Source: a virus (Duplodnaviria; Caudoviricetes). Taken from it: a stretch of 52,602 nt of DNA. Position 1 is the first letter of the stretch, and each line of letters starts with the position of its first letter. A program made the translations under genes and the position numbers. Shown here piece by piece: positions 17,193 to 26,202 of the stretch. The DNA lies in IMG/VR virus record IMGVR_UViG_3300032287_001223, positions 1 through 52,602 of that record; one strand, written 5' to 3'. The notes beneath the pieces are model-generated. The model was not told where the DNA came from. It saw nothing but the letters and a program-made list of their open reading frames with translations, and searched no databases.

Positions 17193-18143
17193 ATGGCGAT
17201 TCCAGGCCCAGGTGTACCGATTTCAATGACTACATTGAACACCGAGTTTGGTGGTGGTTTTTCTTTGTCTTCGTATTACCGAGGTGGATCATTTGTTCCA
17301 AACACTCCGCAGAATGCAGCAGTTCCAACCAGTGGAGCTATTTCGCTTGGAAACTTTTACGGGGCAGTAAACAGAATAATAATATCGCTAACAGCAACTG
17401 GCAATAACTACGATGTGTATGCAAACAGAGGGCCAACGTACTCGCCAGGGATTTCAGACTTAACTATCACTGTACCCGGAACTGTTGGAAGCGCATCCAC
17501 AGGCTCATATGCCATGCTTGTGCCAAATGCCTTTAACCCTACGGACACTGTAACAATTGTCAACAACGGCGTTATTCAAGGTATGGGCGGTGCTGGCGGT
17601 GGCGGTGCGGCAGCAGTTCTTATTCCAACCCCTTTACCAGCAGGATCTCCCGGCGGCGGCGGCGGAAACGCTATTTACATCAATAGGCCAACAACAATAA
17701 CAAACAATGGCACTATTGCAGCGGGTGGTGGCGGTGGTGGCGGTGGTGGCGCAGCTCGCGCAGTGAGTAAGGGTATTCATAACCTTGCTGGAGGTGGAGG
17801 TGGGGGCGGAGGTGCTGGAACAAATGGCGGTGGCGCAGGGGCTGGAGGCACTGCCTCTACCGGCCCTAATGTAGTGCGATCAAGTCCAGGATCTCCAGGC
17901 GGCGCAGGAACATCCCCCGCAGGTGGCGGTGGCGGCGCTCGCGGAACTAATCCTATTGTTACTGGCGGCAACGGCGGCACTGGTGGTGGTAGAGGTGCTG
18001 GCGGAGCGGCGGGAGCGGCGGGAACTTTGCCAGCCACAGTCGTAAGCCCTGGCGGCGCTGCTGGCGCTGCTGGCTCTTATCTTGTTGGAAATCCTTTTGT
18101 AACTTGGCCTGCTACAGGAACAAGGCAAGGAAATGTATCTTAA
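17193..18143 (+). CDS. Gly-rich receptor-binding adhesin (T-even gp38-like polyglycine domain)
   Basis: ISMTTLNTEFGG...SLGNFYG N-terminus; IVNNGVIQGMGGAGG and ITNNGTIAAGGGGG motifs. Confidence 0.75.
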   Translation: MAIPGPGVPISMTTLNTEFGGGFSLSSYYRGGSFVPNTPQNAAVPTSGAISLGNFYGAVNRIIISLTATGNNYDVYANRGPTYSPGISDLTITVPGTVGSASTGSYAMLVPNAFNPTDTVTIVNNGVIQGMGGAGGGGAAAVLIPTPLPAGSPGGGGGNAIYINRPTTITNNGTIAAGGGGGGGGGAARAVSKGIHNLAGGGGGGGGAGTNGGGAGAGGTASTGPNVVRSSPGSPGGAGTSPAGGGGGARGTNPIVTGGNGGTGGGRGAGGAAGAAGTLPATVVSPGGAAGAAGSYLVGNPFVTWPATGTRQGNVS

Positions 18144-18152
18144 GGAAGTTAT

Positions 18153-18494
18153 ATGCAAACATTGAAGATGAAAATTGTTGGATATGAAGATGAATCACAT
18201 TCATTGATTGTGAGCTTTGCTTCTGACGAAACTGCATCGCAAGACCCATCCACCTATCCAGCTTATGCTTATCAACCAATGTCGATGTGGCCTGATATAA
18301 CTGACGCAGAAGAGTTGATTAAAAGAATTGGTCATGCAGGAATTCACATGGCTGAACAGCAAAAAATTAAAGAGCAATTTGTTTCTAATGAGACTTTGAT
18401 AAATGGATTAAAAGGTTTTGTTGGTCAAGAGTTAAGTTATTCTATAAATGACTTAACAAGCCAAGAAGAGTATACAAATGAGGTGGAAATATGA
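18153..18494 (+). CDS. Hypothetical protein, tail-fibre associated
   Basis: 113 aa, TAAGGA RBS. Confidence 0.6.
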   Translation: MQTLKMKIVGYEDESHSLIVSFASDETASQDPSTYPAYAYQPMSMWPDITDAEELIKRIGHAGIHMAEQQKIKEQFVSNETLINGLKGFVGQELSYSINDLTSQEEYTNEVEI

Positions 18495-18982
18495 TTTACC
18501 AAAATTTTGTACCTTGCCGAGCTTTTTCTCTTTGCTATGGCAGCATGAGCGCCAATGAATTTATGTCTTCCGACTACAGCATTGTTGGCGCTCGCAACCT
18601 GTCTATTTATGTGCATCAGGGATCAGTACAGATTAAGTCTATTGACCAAGGCTTATTTGACTGTCAAAAAGGAAACCTTGTTGATTTACAAGCCATCACA
18701 AACGGATTGGTTGAGTACAGTTCAGGCGACAGCGGGTTAACTTGGATGTGCATCAACAACAATCAGCGTGAAAAAGAATTTAATTTTGAATTGATAAACC
18801 AGCCAACCACACGAACTGTAGTTGGATCAGAAAAAGAAACTTACCTCGTGTGCATTGAGAAGACAATTACATGTAACGAAAAACCTATTGCTTCAAACAA
18901 CTATGCAATGATAAGACAAGGATCGCAGGCAGTTATTGTTATTCCTGAACATGCTGTTGCTGTTCTGATGATTGAAAAATAG
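18491..18982 (+). CDS. Hypothetical protein, possibly cupin-like beta fold
   Basis: 163 aa, ATGA-coupled, beta-strand-rich pattern. Confidence 0.55.
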   Translation: MIYQNFVPCRAFSLCYGSMSANEFMSSDYSIVGARNLSIYVHQGSVQIKSIDQGLFDCQKGNLVDLQAITNGLVEYSSGDSGLTWMCINNNQREKEFNFELINQPTTRTVVGSEKETYLVCIEKTITCNEKPIASNNYAMIRQGSQAVIVIPEHAVAVLMIEK

Positions 18983-18992
18983 GTAGGGCAAA

Positions 18993-19682
18993 ATTGATCC
19001 AATCTCAATCTGCCTTCTCGCCGCTGGCCTTGTAAAAAATATACAGGCGGGGTGTGATCTTTACAAGCAGGCCAAAGAATCATTTGTAGAGATAAAGAAG
19101 ACAGCCAATGACGTAGTAGCCATTGGTAAGGAAGTACAGGGAGTCTGGGGTACGCTGAAAAAGTTATTCGGCGGAAATCCTAAGACAGATTCTCCAAAAT
19201 CTGTTGCAAAAAATAAGAAGTCTGAATATGTTGCTGTTGACGAGACTCAAGTCAAGGCTGACATTGTTAAGAACCTTACTGAGTTCTTTAAACTACAAGA
19301 ACAACTCGAAGCCCACATTAGAGATTCAGAGGAGAAAGCAAGGACAGTGGTCTTTGCTGACGATGTGAACATAATGGAAGAGGCTCTGAACAGAGTCTTG
19401 GCGCAACAGGAGATGGAAAGACTTGTAGTCCAGATCCGTGAGTGCATGGTCTATCAGTCTCCTCCCGAAATGGGTGCTCTGTATAGCGAAGTGTTCAGCA
19501 TGAAGGACATTATTTCTGGAGAGCAAGAGAAAGCAAGAAAGAGGCGGGACGCAGAAGCATGGCAACGCAAGGAAAAAGAACGCCTCCTCCAAGAAAAACA
19601 GGCATATCTGTTGGCAGCTTTCCTATTCCTCCTGTATCTATGGATGGTAATCGTGTTCGTGAGCAAGATTGGGAGAGCGTAG
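18993..19682 (+). CDS. Lysis-cassette membrane protein with probable ATT start
   Basis: Frame is open from the in-frame TAG at 18984-86; (I)DPISICLLAAGLVKNIQAGC N-terminus; C-terminal TM helix; no ATG/GTG/TTG until 19347. Confidence 0.7.
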   Translation: MDPISICLLAAGLVKNIQAGCDLYKQAKESFVEIKKTANDVVAIGKEVQGVWGTLKKLFGGNPKTDSPKSVAKNKKSEYVAVDETQVKADIVKNLTEFFKLQEQLEAHIRDSEEKARTVVFADDVNIMEEALNRVLAQQEMERLVVQIRECMVYQSPPEMGALYSEVFSMKDIISGEQEKARKRRDAEAWQRKEKERLLQEKQAYLLAAFLFLLYLWMVIVFVSKIGRA

Positions 19683-19846
19683 TGGGATGGATTGCTGCTT
19701 GTGTTCTTGTCGCATTACTGTTGCCAATCATGGCTATGCTCCTGATTGAGACTCTTGAAGCAAAGCACGAGGTAAAACAACAGGTCGAGAAGGTTGAGAA
19801 ACTAAGAAGACAGATTGAACAGAAAGAAAGGGAGAAACAAAAATGA
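19682..19846 (+). CDS. Small signal-anchor + coiled-coil protein (lysis cassette)
   Basis: GTG start coupled to the upstream TAG, GGAG RBS; TM helix then coiled coil. Confidence 0.6.
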   Translation: MGWIAACVLVALLLPIMAMLLIETLEAKHEVKQQVEKVEKLRRQIEQKEREKQK

Positions 19847-20028
19847 ACATTTACTGTATTTGGGGCTTATCAGTCCTGTTGTTTCTGTTGGTTGGCTGTG
19901 AGGACAGATTCCGCTATCCCTGCCAAGACCCACAGAATTGGCAGAACACTGAATGTAAGCCGCCAATCTGTACCGCTACTGGTACTTGTCCTGAGCAACT
20001 TGTTAAACCTGAACCGGAGAAAAAATAA
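19843..20028 (+). CDS. Cys-rich lipoprotein (lysis cassette)
   Basis: Lipobox LLVGC; RYPCQDP...CKPPIC...GTC. Confidence 0.75.
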   Translation: MNIYCIWGLSVLLFLLVGCEDRFRYPCQDPQNWQNTECKPPICTATGTCPEQLVKPEPEKK

Positions 20029-20348
20029 TGCCTACAGTTGGATACAAACCTAACAACCGCCTGACTCCTGAGGAAATTGAAGTCAGGATCTGGGCCATTG
20101 TGATCTTTTCATTGACCATGATCCTTCTGGGATCTGTCGCTATGTTTTTGTATTCTGTCTCATTTGTAACCCAGCCCATGAGTGGTATGGCGGCCATTGA
20201 TAAGGTGTACACCCAACAGATCAATACCATCATGGTGTTCATCACTGGTGTTCTTGGCGGCGTTGCTGGTCGAACCGCTGTTTCTGCAACTGCTAAGGCT
20301 ATTGCTACGGCAGAGGCAACAGATAACGACGAACCCCCAAAGCCATGA
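20028..20348 (+). CDS. Two-TM holin-like protein
   Basis: Two hydrophobic helices; upstream of the spanin and endolysin genes. Confidence 0.6.
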   Translation: MPTVGYKPNNRLTPEEIEVRIWAIVIFSLTMILLGSVAMFLYSVSFVTQPMSGMAAIDKVYTQQINTIMVFITGVLGGVAGRTAVSATAKAIATAEATDNDEPPKP

Positions 20349-20827
20349 GCATATTCAATCCCTACGTCATGCTGGGAATCTTGCTTGCTATTCTTTCTGC
20401 CGCAGGCAGTGGGTACTACAAGGGCCAGCATGATGAGGTTACAAGACAGCAGTTAGAGATCGCCGAGCTTAATGCCCAAGCAAGGGCAAAAGAGCAGGCT
20501 CTGATTTCTGCTGTGACCACCCAAGCAACCAAACTTCAAAAGGCCAACTATGATGCAAAAATTGCTGCAAAGGAGCGTGATGCTGCTATTGCCTCTGGCA
20601 ATCTCAAGCTGCGGATTCCTGTCAAAAGCCCCGTCTGCCCCGTACAAACCGCCGGAGATCCCACCCCTCCCGCCGGAGATAGCGTTCAAACAGGAGGCGA
20701 ACTTGACGCAACGACTGCTCAATCTCTTGTCGCCATCACCGACCAAGGAGATGCCAACACCCGACAGCTCAACGCCTGCATCGATGCCTACAACACCGTC
20801 TACCAAACCCTAAGGAGTAAACCATGA
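20345..20827 (+). CDS. Rz: Inner-membrane spanin (Rz-like)
   Basis: N-terminal TM, coiled coil, GNLKLRIPV, QLNACIDAY. Confidence 0.8.
   Translation: MSIFNPYVMLGILLAILSAAGSGYYKGQHDEVTRQQLEIAELNAQARAKEQALISAVTTQATKLQKANYDAKIAAKERDAAIASGNLKLRIPVKSPVCPVQTAGDPTPPAGDSVQTGGELDATTAQSLVAITDQGDANTRQLNACIDAYNTVYQTLRSKP
20550..20813 (+). CDS. Rz1: Outer-membrane spanin (Rz1-like), embedded in Rz
   Basis: +1 frame fully inside Rz; signal peptide with lipobox LAISSC; Pro-rich mature part. Confidence 0.75.
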   Translation: MMQKLLQRSVMLLLPLAISSCGFLSKAPSAPYKPPEIPPLPPEIAFKQEANLTQRLLNLLSPSPTKEMPTPDSSTPASMPTTPSTKP

Positions 20828-21291
20828 CACAACTGACAGCCAACTTCAGCCTGCACGAAATGTGCAAATCAGAGACAGCCATGCGTATGGGTTTTGACAA
20901 TACGCCGGACGACGAGGCAACAGAGAATCTACGCCTTTTGTGCGAAAAAGTATTACAACCTATCCGAGATCACTACGGAAAAGGGGTGAAGGTGAACTCT
21001 GCCTATCGCTCTCCAGAGAGTAATGCAGCAGTGGGAGGATCAAAAACCTCAGATCATTGCCGTGGGATGGCATCCGATATTGAGATTCCCGGCGTAGCAA
21101 ATGCTGACTTAGCGCAGTGGATCATGGATAATCTCGAATATACGCAGTTGATTCTGGAATTCTACACACCGGGTATTCCTGATTCTGGCTGGGTACATGT
21201 CAGTTACGATCCGAACAACTTGAAAAAGCAGGAGTTGACTGCCACCAAGGTTGCCGGTAAGACGACTTACTTGAATGGATTGGTTGCTTAA
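20824..21291 (+). CDS. Endolysin, peptidase M15A family
   Basis: NFSLHEM...SAYRSPESNAAVGGSKTSDHCRGMASD...WVHVSY. Confidence 0.9.
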   Translation: MTQLTANFSLHEMCKSETAMRMGFDNTPDDEATENLRLLCEKVLQPIRDHYGKGVKVNSAYRSPESNAAVGGSKTSDHCRGMASDIEIPGVANADLAQWIMDNLEYTQLILEFYTPGIPDSGWVHVSYDPNNLKKQELTATKVAGKTTYLNGLVA

Positions 21292-23103
21292 ATGTCTGGA
21301 CTGAAGATCTCCGCTTTTGCTGGCATTGCGCCAAGGGTAGGCTCTGCTTTGTTGAAAGAAAATGAGGCTACCTCAGCAATCAATACAAAGCTGTATAGCG
21401 GAGAGCTTCGGGCGTGGAATAAACCCGGTGTTGTTCAGGGCGCGGCATCCTTGGCTGCCAGCGTTAAGTCAATCTACAAACACAAAGATGTAGCTGGGGA
21501 TGATCTTTGGCTATCTTGGTCAACAGATGTCGATGTTGTTCCCAGCCCCATCTTTGATACTGGCGAGAATCCAATCTACTACACAGGCAGCGGCACTCCA
21601 AAGAAAACAAACTCAACACTCTCAGAGACTGGCACAGCGCCATTCCCCGGCGATTACTATGAGATGGGAGTCCCAGCTCCAACGACAGCACCAACAGTAT
21701 CTGCTGCCGGTGGATCTGGCACAGCAGAGAGCCGTGTCTATCTGTTCACATACATATCTGCATTTGGATCTATCGAGGAAGAGTCAGCCCCGTCTCCTGC
21801 ATCATCTGTTCTATCTGTTCTGCCCGGCGGAACTGTTACTGTGTCTGGTCTTGGGACAACAGCCCCTGCTGGCGACTACAACATAACAACGAAAAGGATC
21901 TACCGAGCCGTATCCGGTACGTCCACGACCATATACCTTAAGGTCGCTGATGTAGCTATTGGTACATCATCGTACTCAGACACAAAAACAGCCGCTCAGT
22001 TGGGTGGCGCTCTTGAGTCGTCCAACTACAACACGCCGCCAACAGATCTTTCTGGAATTGTGGCGATGGCTAACGGCATTTTGGTTGGGTTCAGAGAAAA
22101 CGAAATCTACTTTTCAGAGCCTTACGTTCCTCACGCATGGCCTGTTATTTATTCCCTAACAGTTGAGTACCCAGTTGTTGGTCTTGGTGCATTCGGCGAA
22201 TCTGTTGTTGTCGCAACAAAGGGTAATCCATTCATCATCAGTGGAACAACACCATCCTCAATGTCTCAGGCAAAGATACCTCTCTTCGAGCCTTGTGTTT
22301 CTAAGAGGTCAATCGTCTCAGACGACACAGGCGTGATGTATGCGTCACCCAATGGGGTTGTAAAAATCTCTCAAGGCTTTGCTGGGGTAACAACAAATGG
22401 ATTGTTCACTCGTGATGAGTGGCAATTACGATACCCAGCTACCATGCTTGGCGCTGTTCTCGATGGCGCTTACTATCTGTTCTGGGAAGATCAAATCAAT
22501 AATGTTCAGGAGTGTTTGATTCTGGATAGGAACGAAGCTGCGTCTGCATTAACAACGTCTAGTATTTACACAACAGCCGTATTCATTGACCCAACTACAG
22601 CTCAACTTTTCTTTCCATACGCAGGGGTCGTTAGTGCATGGGAGTCGGACGCATTAAACTTTCTGACTTACGACTGGACATCTAAGCTATACATACTCCC
22701 AAGACCAGTTAATTTTTCTGCTATCCAAATAGACGCAGCCTTTGAAGACAATACCTTACTTGCCGCTTTACAAGACGAGGTTGATGCAATCATTGCCAGT
22801 AATCAAGCAGTCTTTGCATCTGGTGTTAATCTCTTGTCTACTCTTGGCAGTGTTGATATTGGCACAATCGTTTTGGGTGGTTCGATCCTTCAGCCAATTC
22901 CCGGTGTAGTGTCTTCCTTGAGTCTTCAGGTAAAAATTTACTGTAACGGGATATTGGTATCAACAAGATCCATTACAGATAGATCAACATATCGCCTACC
23001 ATCTGGATTCAAAAGCGACAGATGGCAATTTAGACTCAGTGGTAATGTTCCATTGAGGACATTCAAAATAGCAGAGACGGCCAAAGAGCTTGCCCAGCTA
23101 TGA
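21292..23103 (+). CDS. Tail nozzle / DNA-stabilisation protein
   Basis: 603 aa, FAGIAPR N-terminus, IYFSEPYVPHAWP, YRLPSGFK; precedes the ejection proteins. Confidence 0.7.
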   Translation: MSGLKISAFAGIAPRVGSALLKENEATSAINTKLYSGELRAWNKPGVVQGAASLAASVKSIYKHKDVAGDDLWLSWSTDVDVVPSPIFDTGENPIYYTGSGTPKKTNSTLSETGTAPFPGDYYEMGVPAPTTAPTVSAAGGSGTAESRVYLFTYISAFGSIEEESAPSPASSVLSVLPGGTVTVSGLGTTAPAGDYNITTKRIYRAVSGTSTTIYLKVADVAIGTSSYSDTKTAAQLGGALESSNYNTPPTDLSGIVAMANGILVGFRENEIYFSEPYVPHAWPVIYSLTVEYPVVGLGAFGESVVVATKGNPFIISGTTPSSMSQAKIPLFEPCVSKRSIVSDDTGVMYASPNGVVKISQGFAGVTTNGLFTRDEWQLRYPATMLGAVLDGAYYLFWEDQINNVQECLILDRNEAASALTTSSIYTTAVFIDPTTAQLFFPYAGVVSAWESDALNFLTYDWTSKLYILPRPVNFSAIQIDAAFEDNTLLAALQDEVDAIIASNQAVFASGVNLLSTLGSVDIGTIVLGGSILQPIPGVVSSLSLQVKIYCNGILVSTRSITDRSTYRLPSGFKSDRWQFRLSGNVPLRTFKIAETAKELAQL

Positions 23104-23300
23104 AGAAGCCAGCTATTCCAACATCTTTATCTATACAGGATGCTTCTATTGCCACAATACTTAGGCCGATGAAAGAAAACATAGAGATCATCACCGGTAT
23201 TCGTGAGGGAGCAATAACTAAGCTTCCGACAGATGCGACTCTTGCACAGGCGGTTGCAAAAATTAACGAGATCATCACAAGGCTTAACTTCAATGAATGA
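23100..23300 (+). CDS. Small virion-associated protein
   Basis: KPAIP...MKENIEIITG...ATLAQAVAKINEII; ATGA-coupled. Confidence 0.6.
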   Translation: MKKPAIPTSLSIQDASIATILRPMKENIEIITGIREGAITKLPTDATLAQAVAKINEIITRLNFNE

Positions 23301-23736
23301 CGATATAGAGTTCCTTACGTTTGCAATGCGCGGAGACATGGACGCAGTTGGCCTTGTGATGTCTATTGTGAAAATCGTCGATGTTTGGGACAACCTAGTA
23401 GACAAAGATAAGCCGGTAAGTGATGAGGAAATTAACCAAGCATTTTGGCTGGCGCTTGTTGATATACCAAAGAATCCAGCATTCCGCAAATATCAGTTGG
23501 ATGTAACGACCGTCATCAGCACAGGAATAATCAACTGGCATATTGCCAACAAGCTTCAAAAAGGCGATGACCACGCGAAACAGATTGCTCACGTTATCCG
23601 TTATTCAATATCAGACATTACTTTGTACTTAGCAGCAGCGATTGGCGGCCCAGAGTGGGCGGCTGAGGTAGGCCCTGAACTTCGTCTTCGATCACAGAAA
23701 GACAAGCTAGAGAACTTCATGAAGGAAATGAAATGA
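23293..23736 (+). CDS. Helical protein with an Asp-rich DVWDNLVDKD motif
   Basis: ATG 23293; sits between the nozzle and the ejection proteins. Confidence 0.65.
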   Translation: MNDDIEFLTFAMRGDMDAVGLVMSIVKIVDVWDNLVDKDKPVSDEEINQAFWLALVDIPKNPAFRKYQLDVTTVISTGIINWHIANKLQKGDDHAKQIAHVIRYSISDITLYLAAAIGGPEWAAEVGPELRLRSQKDKLENFMKEMK

Positions 23737-24887
23737 AAGTTAAAACCAAAAAACAAATTGCTCAATATAAGCTCGACTATATTAGAGAGCAGAACGGTGC
23801 ATGTGGCTCATCTGTTTGTCACTTTGATTTGGGTGATAGTCCATCCGCGCCAAATCCAAATCCTGGAATGATCGCTGCTGCGGAGGCCAGCAAGGAAGTT
23901 GGACAGATGCAAAAAGATGTTGCAATGGAGTATCTGACTTTCTCCAAGCAACAGTATGCCGACTTCAAAGATGACCTAAAAGAAATTGCCGCGGCTCAGA
24001 AAAAGATCATGGCTGATACTGCCAAGAGAGCAGAAGATTACGCAACATACGAGCGCGAGACGTTTCGTCCTTTAGAGAAAAGACTTGTCTCAGAAGCGGA
24101 AGAGTTCAATACCGCCGCCAAACAAGAAGAGATGGCCTCTCAAGGGATGGCTGACGTAGCTAGTGCTTATCAGGTTCAACGCCAGCAGGCTTTGGACACA
24201 ATGGCTAAGTACGGCATCAATCCAAACTCTGCTCGCTTTGCAGCAATCAATGCTCAACTTGGTCAAGGTGAGGCTGCATCTCGTGCTGGTGTAGCCACTA
24301 AGTCTAGGATTGCAGCAGATGAGATGGGTCGTGCTCGTCTATACGATGCCGCCGCTCTTGGTCGTGGTCTGGCATCCAATGCTACTGCGGCGGCCAGCAC
24401 AGCCGCATCAGCAGGAACGTCGGCAGGAGGAAGCTACATGGCTCCTGCCGAGTTTATGGGTAAGTCCTACGGACAGACTGGACAGATGCTGGGTGGAGCC
24501 TCTTCATCTTTTGGCACAGCCGGAAACATCTACGGGCAAGAGTTCAACTCAAGGATGCAAGGCTACAACGCACAGATGGCAAACCAATCAGATATGTTTG
24601 GTGCTCTAGGAGGTGTTGCCGGTATGTACTTGGGAGGGCCAGGAGGCGCGAAACTGTTTAGGGCTGACGGCGGATCTATCAAGCGCCTTGGTCGCGGCGG
24701 CAAAGTGACCGGCCCGGGTGGGCCTATCGATGACAAGATCCCAGCAATGCTGTCAGACGGCGAGTACGTTATCCCAGCAGACACGGTAAAAGCAATCGGA
24801 GTCAAGAAGCTCGACAAGTTGGTCAAGGCGACTCACACTCCAGCGGCTGTTCAAAAACGCAGAGCACTGAATAAAAGGAGCGCATGA
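23733..24887 (+). CDS. Internal virion / DNA-ejection protein
   Basis: Ala/Gly/Gln-rich helical protein; C-terminal ADGG...GPGGPIDDKIPAMLSDGEYVIPAD. Confidence 0.7.
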   Translation: MKVKTKKQIAQYKLDYIREQNGACGSSVCHFDLGDSPSAPNPNPGMIAAAEASKEVGQMQKDVAMEYLTFSKQQYADFKDDLKEIAAAQKKIMADTAKRAEDYATYERETFRPLEKRLVSEAEEFNTAAKQEEMASQGMADVASAYQVQRQQALDTMAKYGINPNSARFAAINAQLGQGEAASRAGVATKSRIAADEMGRARLYDAAALGRGLASNATAAASTAASAGTSAGGSYMAPAEFMGKSYGQTGQMLGGASSSFGTAGNIYGQEFNSRMQGYNAQMANQSDMFGALGGVAGMYLGGPGGAKLFRADGGSIKRLGRGGKVTGPGGPIDDKIPAMLSDGEYVIPADTVKAIGVKKLDKLVKATHTPAAVQKRRALNKRSA

Positions 24888-26191
24888 TGGCAACAGGATT
24901 AGGAGCCTTCGTAAAAGGCGCGGTCGAGGGATACAAGACCAGCAAAGAGATGTCTCGCATGGATGCCTTGCAGAAGCGCGAAGAAGAGCGAGACGAAAGA
25001 GAGCGCCAGCGTTTTGCCTTGGAACAAACAAGGGCGCAGCGAGAAGAGGAGCAGGCTAGGATTGCCAGTGAAGCTCAGGCAGAAGCTCTTTCTGTTCTGG
25101 AAGATGCCAAGCGCGGTACTGGTAAGTTCGCTTCACTCGCAGATCCCGCTGCTCTTCAGGCGCAACAGCAGGCCACCCAATCTGTTGAACAGAAGGCTGG
25201 CATGAGCTACGACAGGGCAGAGGCTCGACGACTTGGACGAACTGGCCTAGACGAGACCCAGACAGCATCGGTTACTCCACAAGAAACCAACCTCTTCAAG
25301 TCTGGCGGCGAGGGCTTGTACAAAAACCAGACCGCTGCTGACAATCTGAAGTACCAGCTAATTGGTGATGCGATGAAGAAGTCTCTCCTCGCAAAAGGTG
25401 ACTTCGGGCGAGCCATGATGGTTGACCAAGATGTTGAGAAGATGAAAGAGCAGGGGTACGAGCTTGTTCGCAAGAAGGCCGCCGCCCTTGTCATGGCTGG
25501 CGCACCACCTGATTCTGTTATCCCTGCGCTTCAAAAAGTGTATGGGTTTGTTGATGACGGCAAGTCCATTGATCCAACCAAATCAACATACGATGCAAAA
25601 ACTGGCACATACAACCTGAGTGTTGTTGACCAGAAGACTGGCAAGGTTGAGATGCGGCCACTGAATCAACAGTCAATGTTGTCAGCTTTGAACCAACTCG
25701 ATCCAGTTAAGGTTCTTGAGTTGAACATTGGATCTCAGCGCCGCGCAGAGGATCTTGCAACAGCGGCAGCCAACCGCAAAGAAGATGTTGCCCTCCAGAG
25801 AGAGAAGATTGGTGTTGAGCGCATAGGTGCTCTTGCAACTGCTGACCTTCGCTCTGCTCAAAAGGCTGCCTTAGCAGATCAAGTCAAGGGTGCTGATGTC
25901 AGAGCCAAGGTGGAGAGTATTACAAAGAGCTTCCCGAACGCCGACAGGGTTCTCAAGCTAGAGGAAAGTGTTGGGCCAGATGTTGAGGCTACAAAACTAT
26001 CCATTCAAAATGATACTGTTGGTAGAAATATCGCAGTCAATCTGGCTTCTTTGAATCCAAAAACTGATCCGCAAATTTTGATTGGTGCTGCCAAGGCCGC
26101 AGCATCGGGCAAACTGCCTGCGAAAAAGTCTGATCCAAAAACAGGGCGCTCGTATTTTGACTACGGCGGCGTACAAATCTTTGCTGATTAA
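24884..26191 (+). CDS. Internal virion / DNA-ejection protein
   Basis: GLGAFVKGAVEGY N-terminus, coiled coil; between an ejection protein and the giant protein. Confidence 0.65.
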   Translation: MMATGLGAFVKGAVEGYKTSKEMSRMDALQKREEERDERERQRFALEQTRAQREEEQARIASEAQAEALSVLEDAKRGTGKFASLADPAALQAQQQATQSVEQKAGMSYDRAEARRLGRTGLDETQTASVTPQETNLFKSGGEGLYKNQTAADNLKYQLIGDAMKKSLLAKGDFGRAMMVDQDVEKMKEQGYELVRKKAAALVMAGAPPDSVIPALQKVYGFVDDGKSIDPTKSTYDAKTGTYNLSVVDQKTGKVEMRPLNQQSMLSALNQLDPVKVLELNIGSQRRAEDLATAAANRKEDVALQREKIGVERIGALATADLRSAQKAALADQVKGADVRAKVESITKSFPNADRVLKLEESVGPDVEATKLSIQNDTVGRNIAVNLASLNPKTDPQILIGAAKAAASGKLPAKKSDPKTGRSYFDYGGVQIFAD

Positions 26192-26202
26192 AGAGGCAAT
26201 CA

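Noticed and set aside
12933-18143. Diversity-generating retroelement acting on the tail adhesins
   Set aside because: No reverse transcriptase gene and no template/variable repeat pair was seen.
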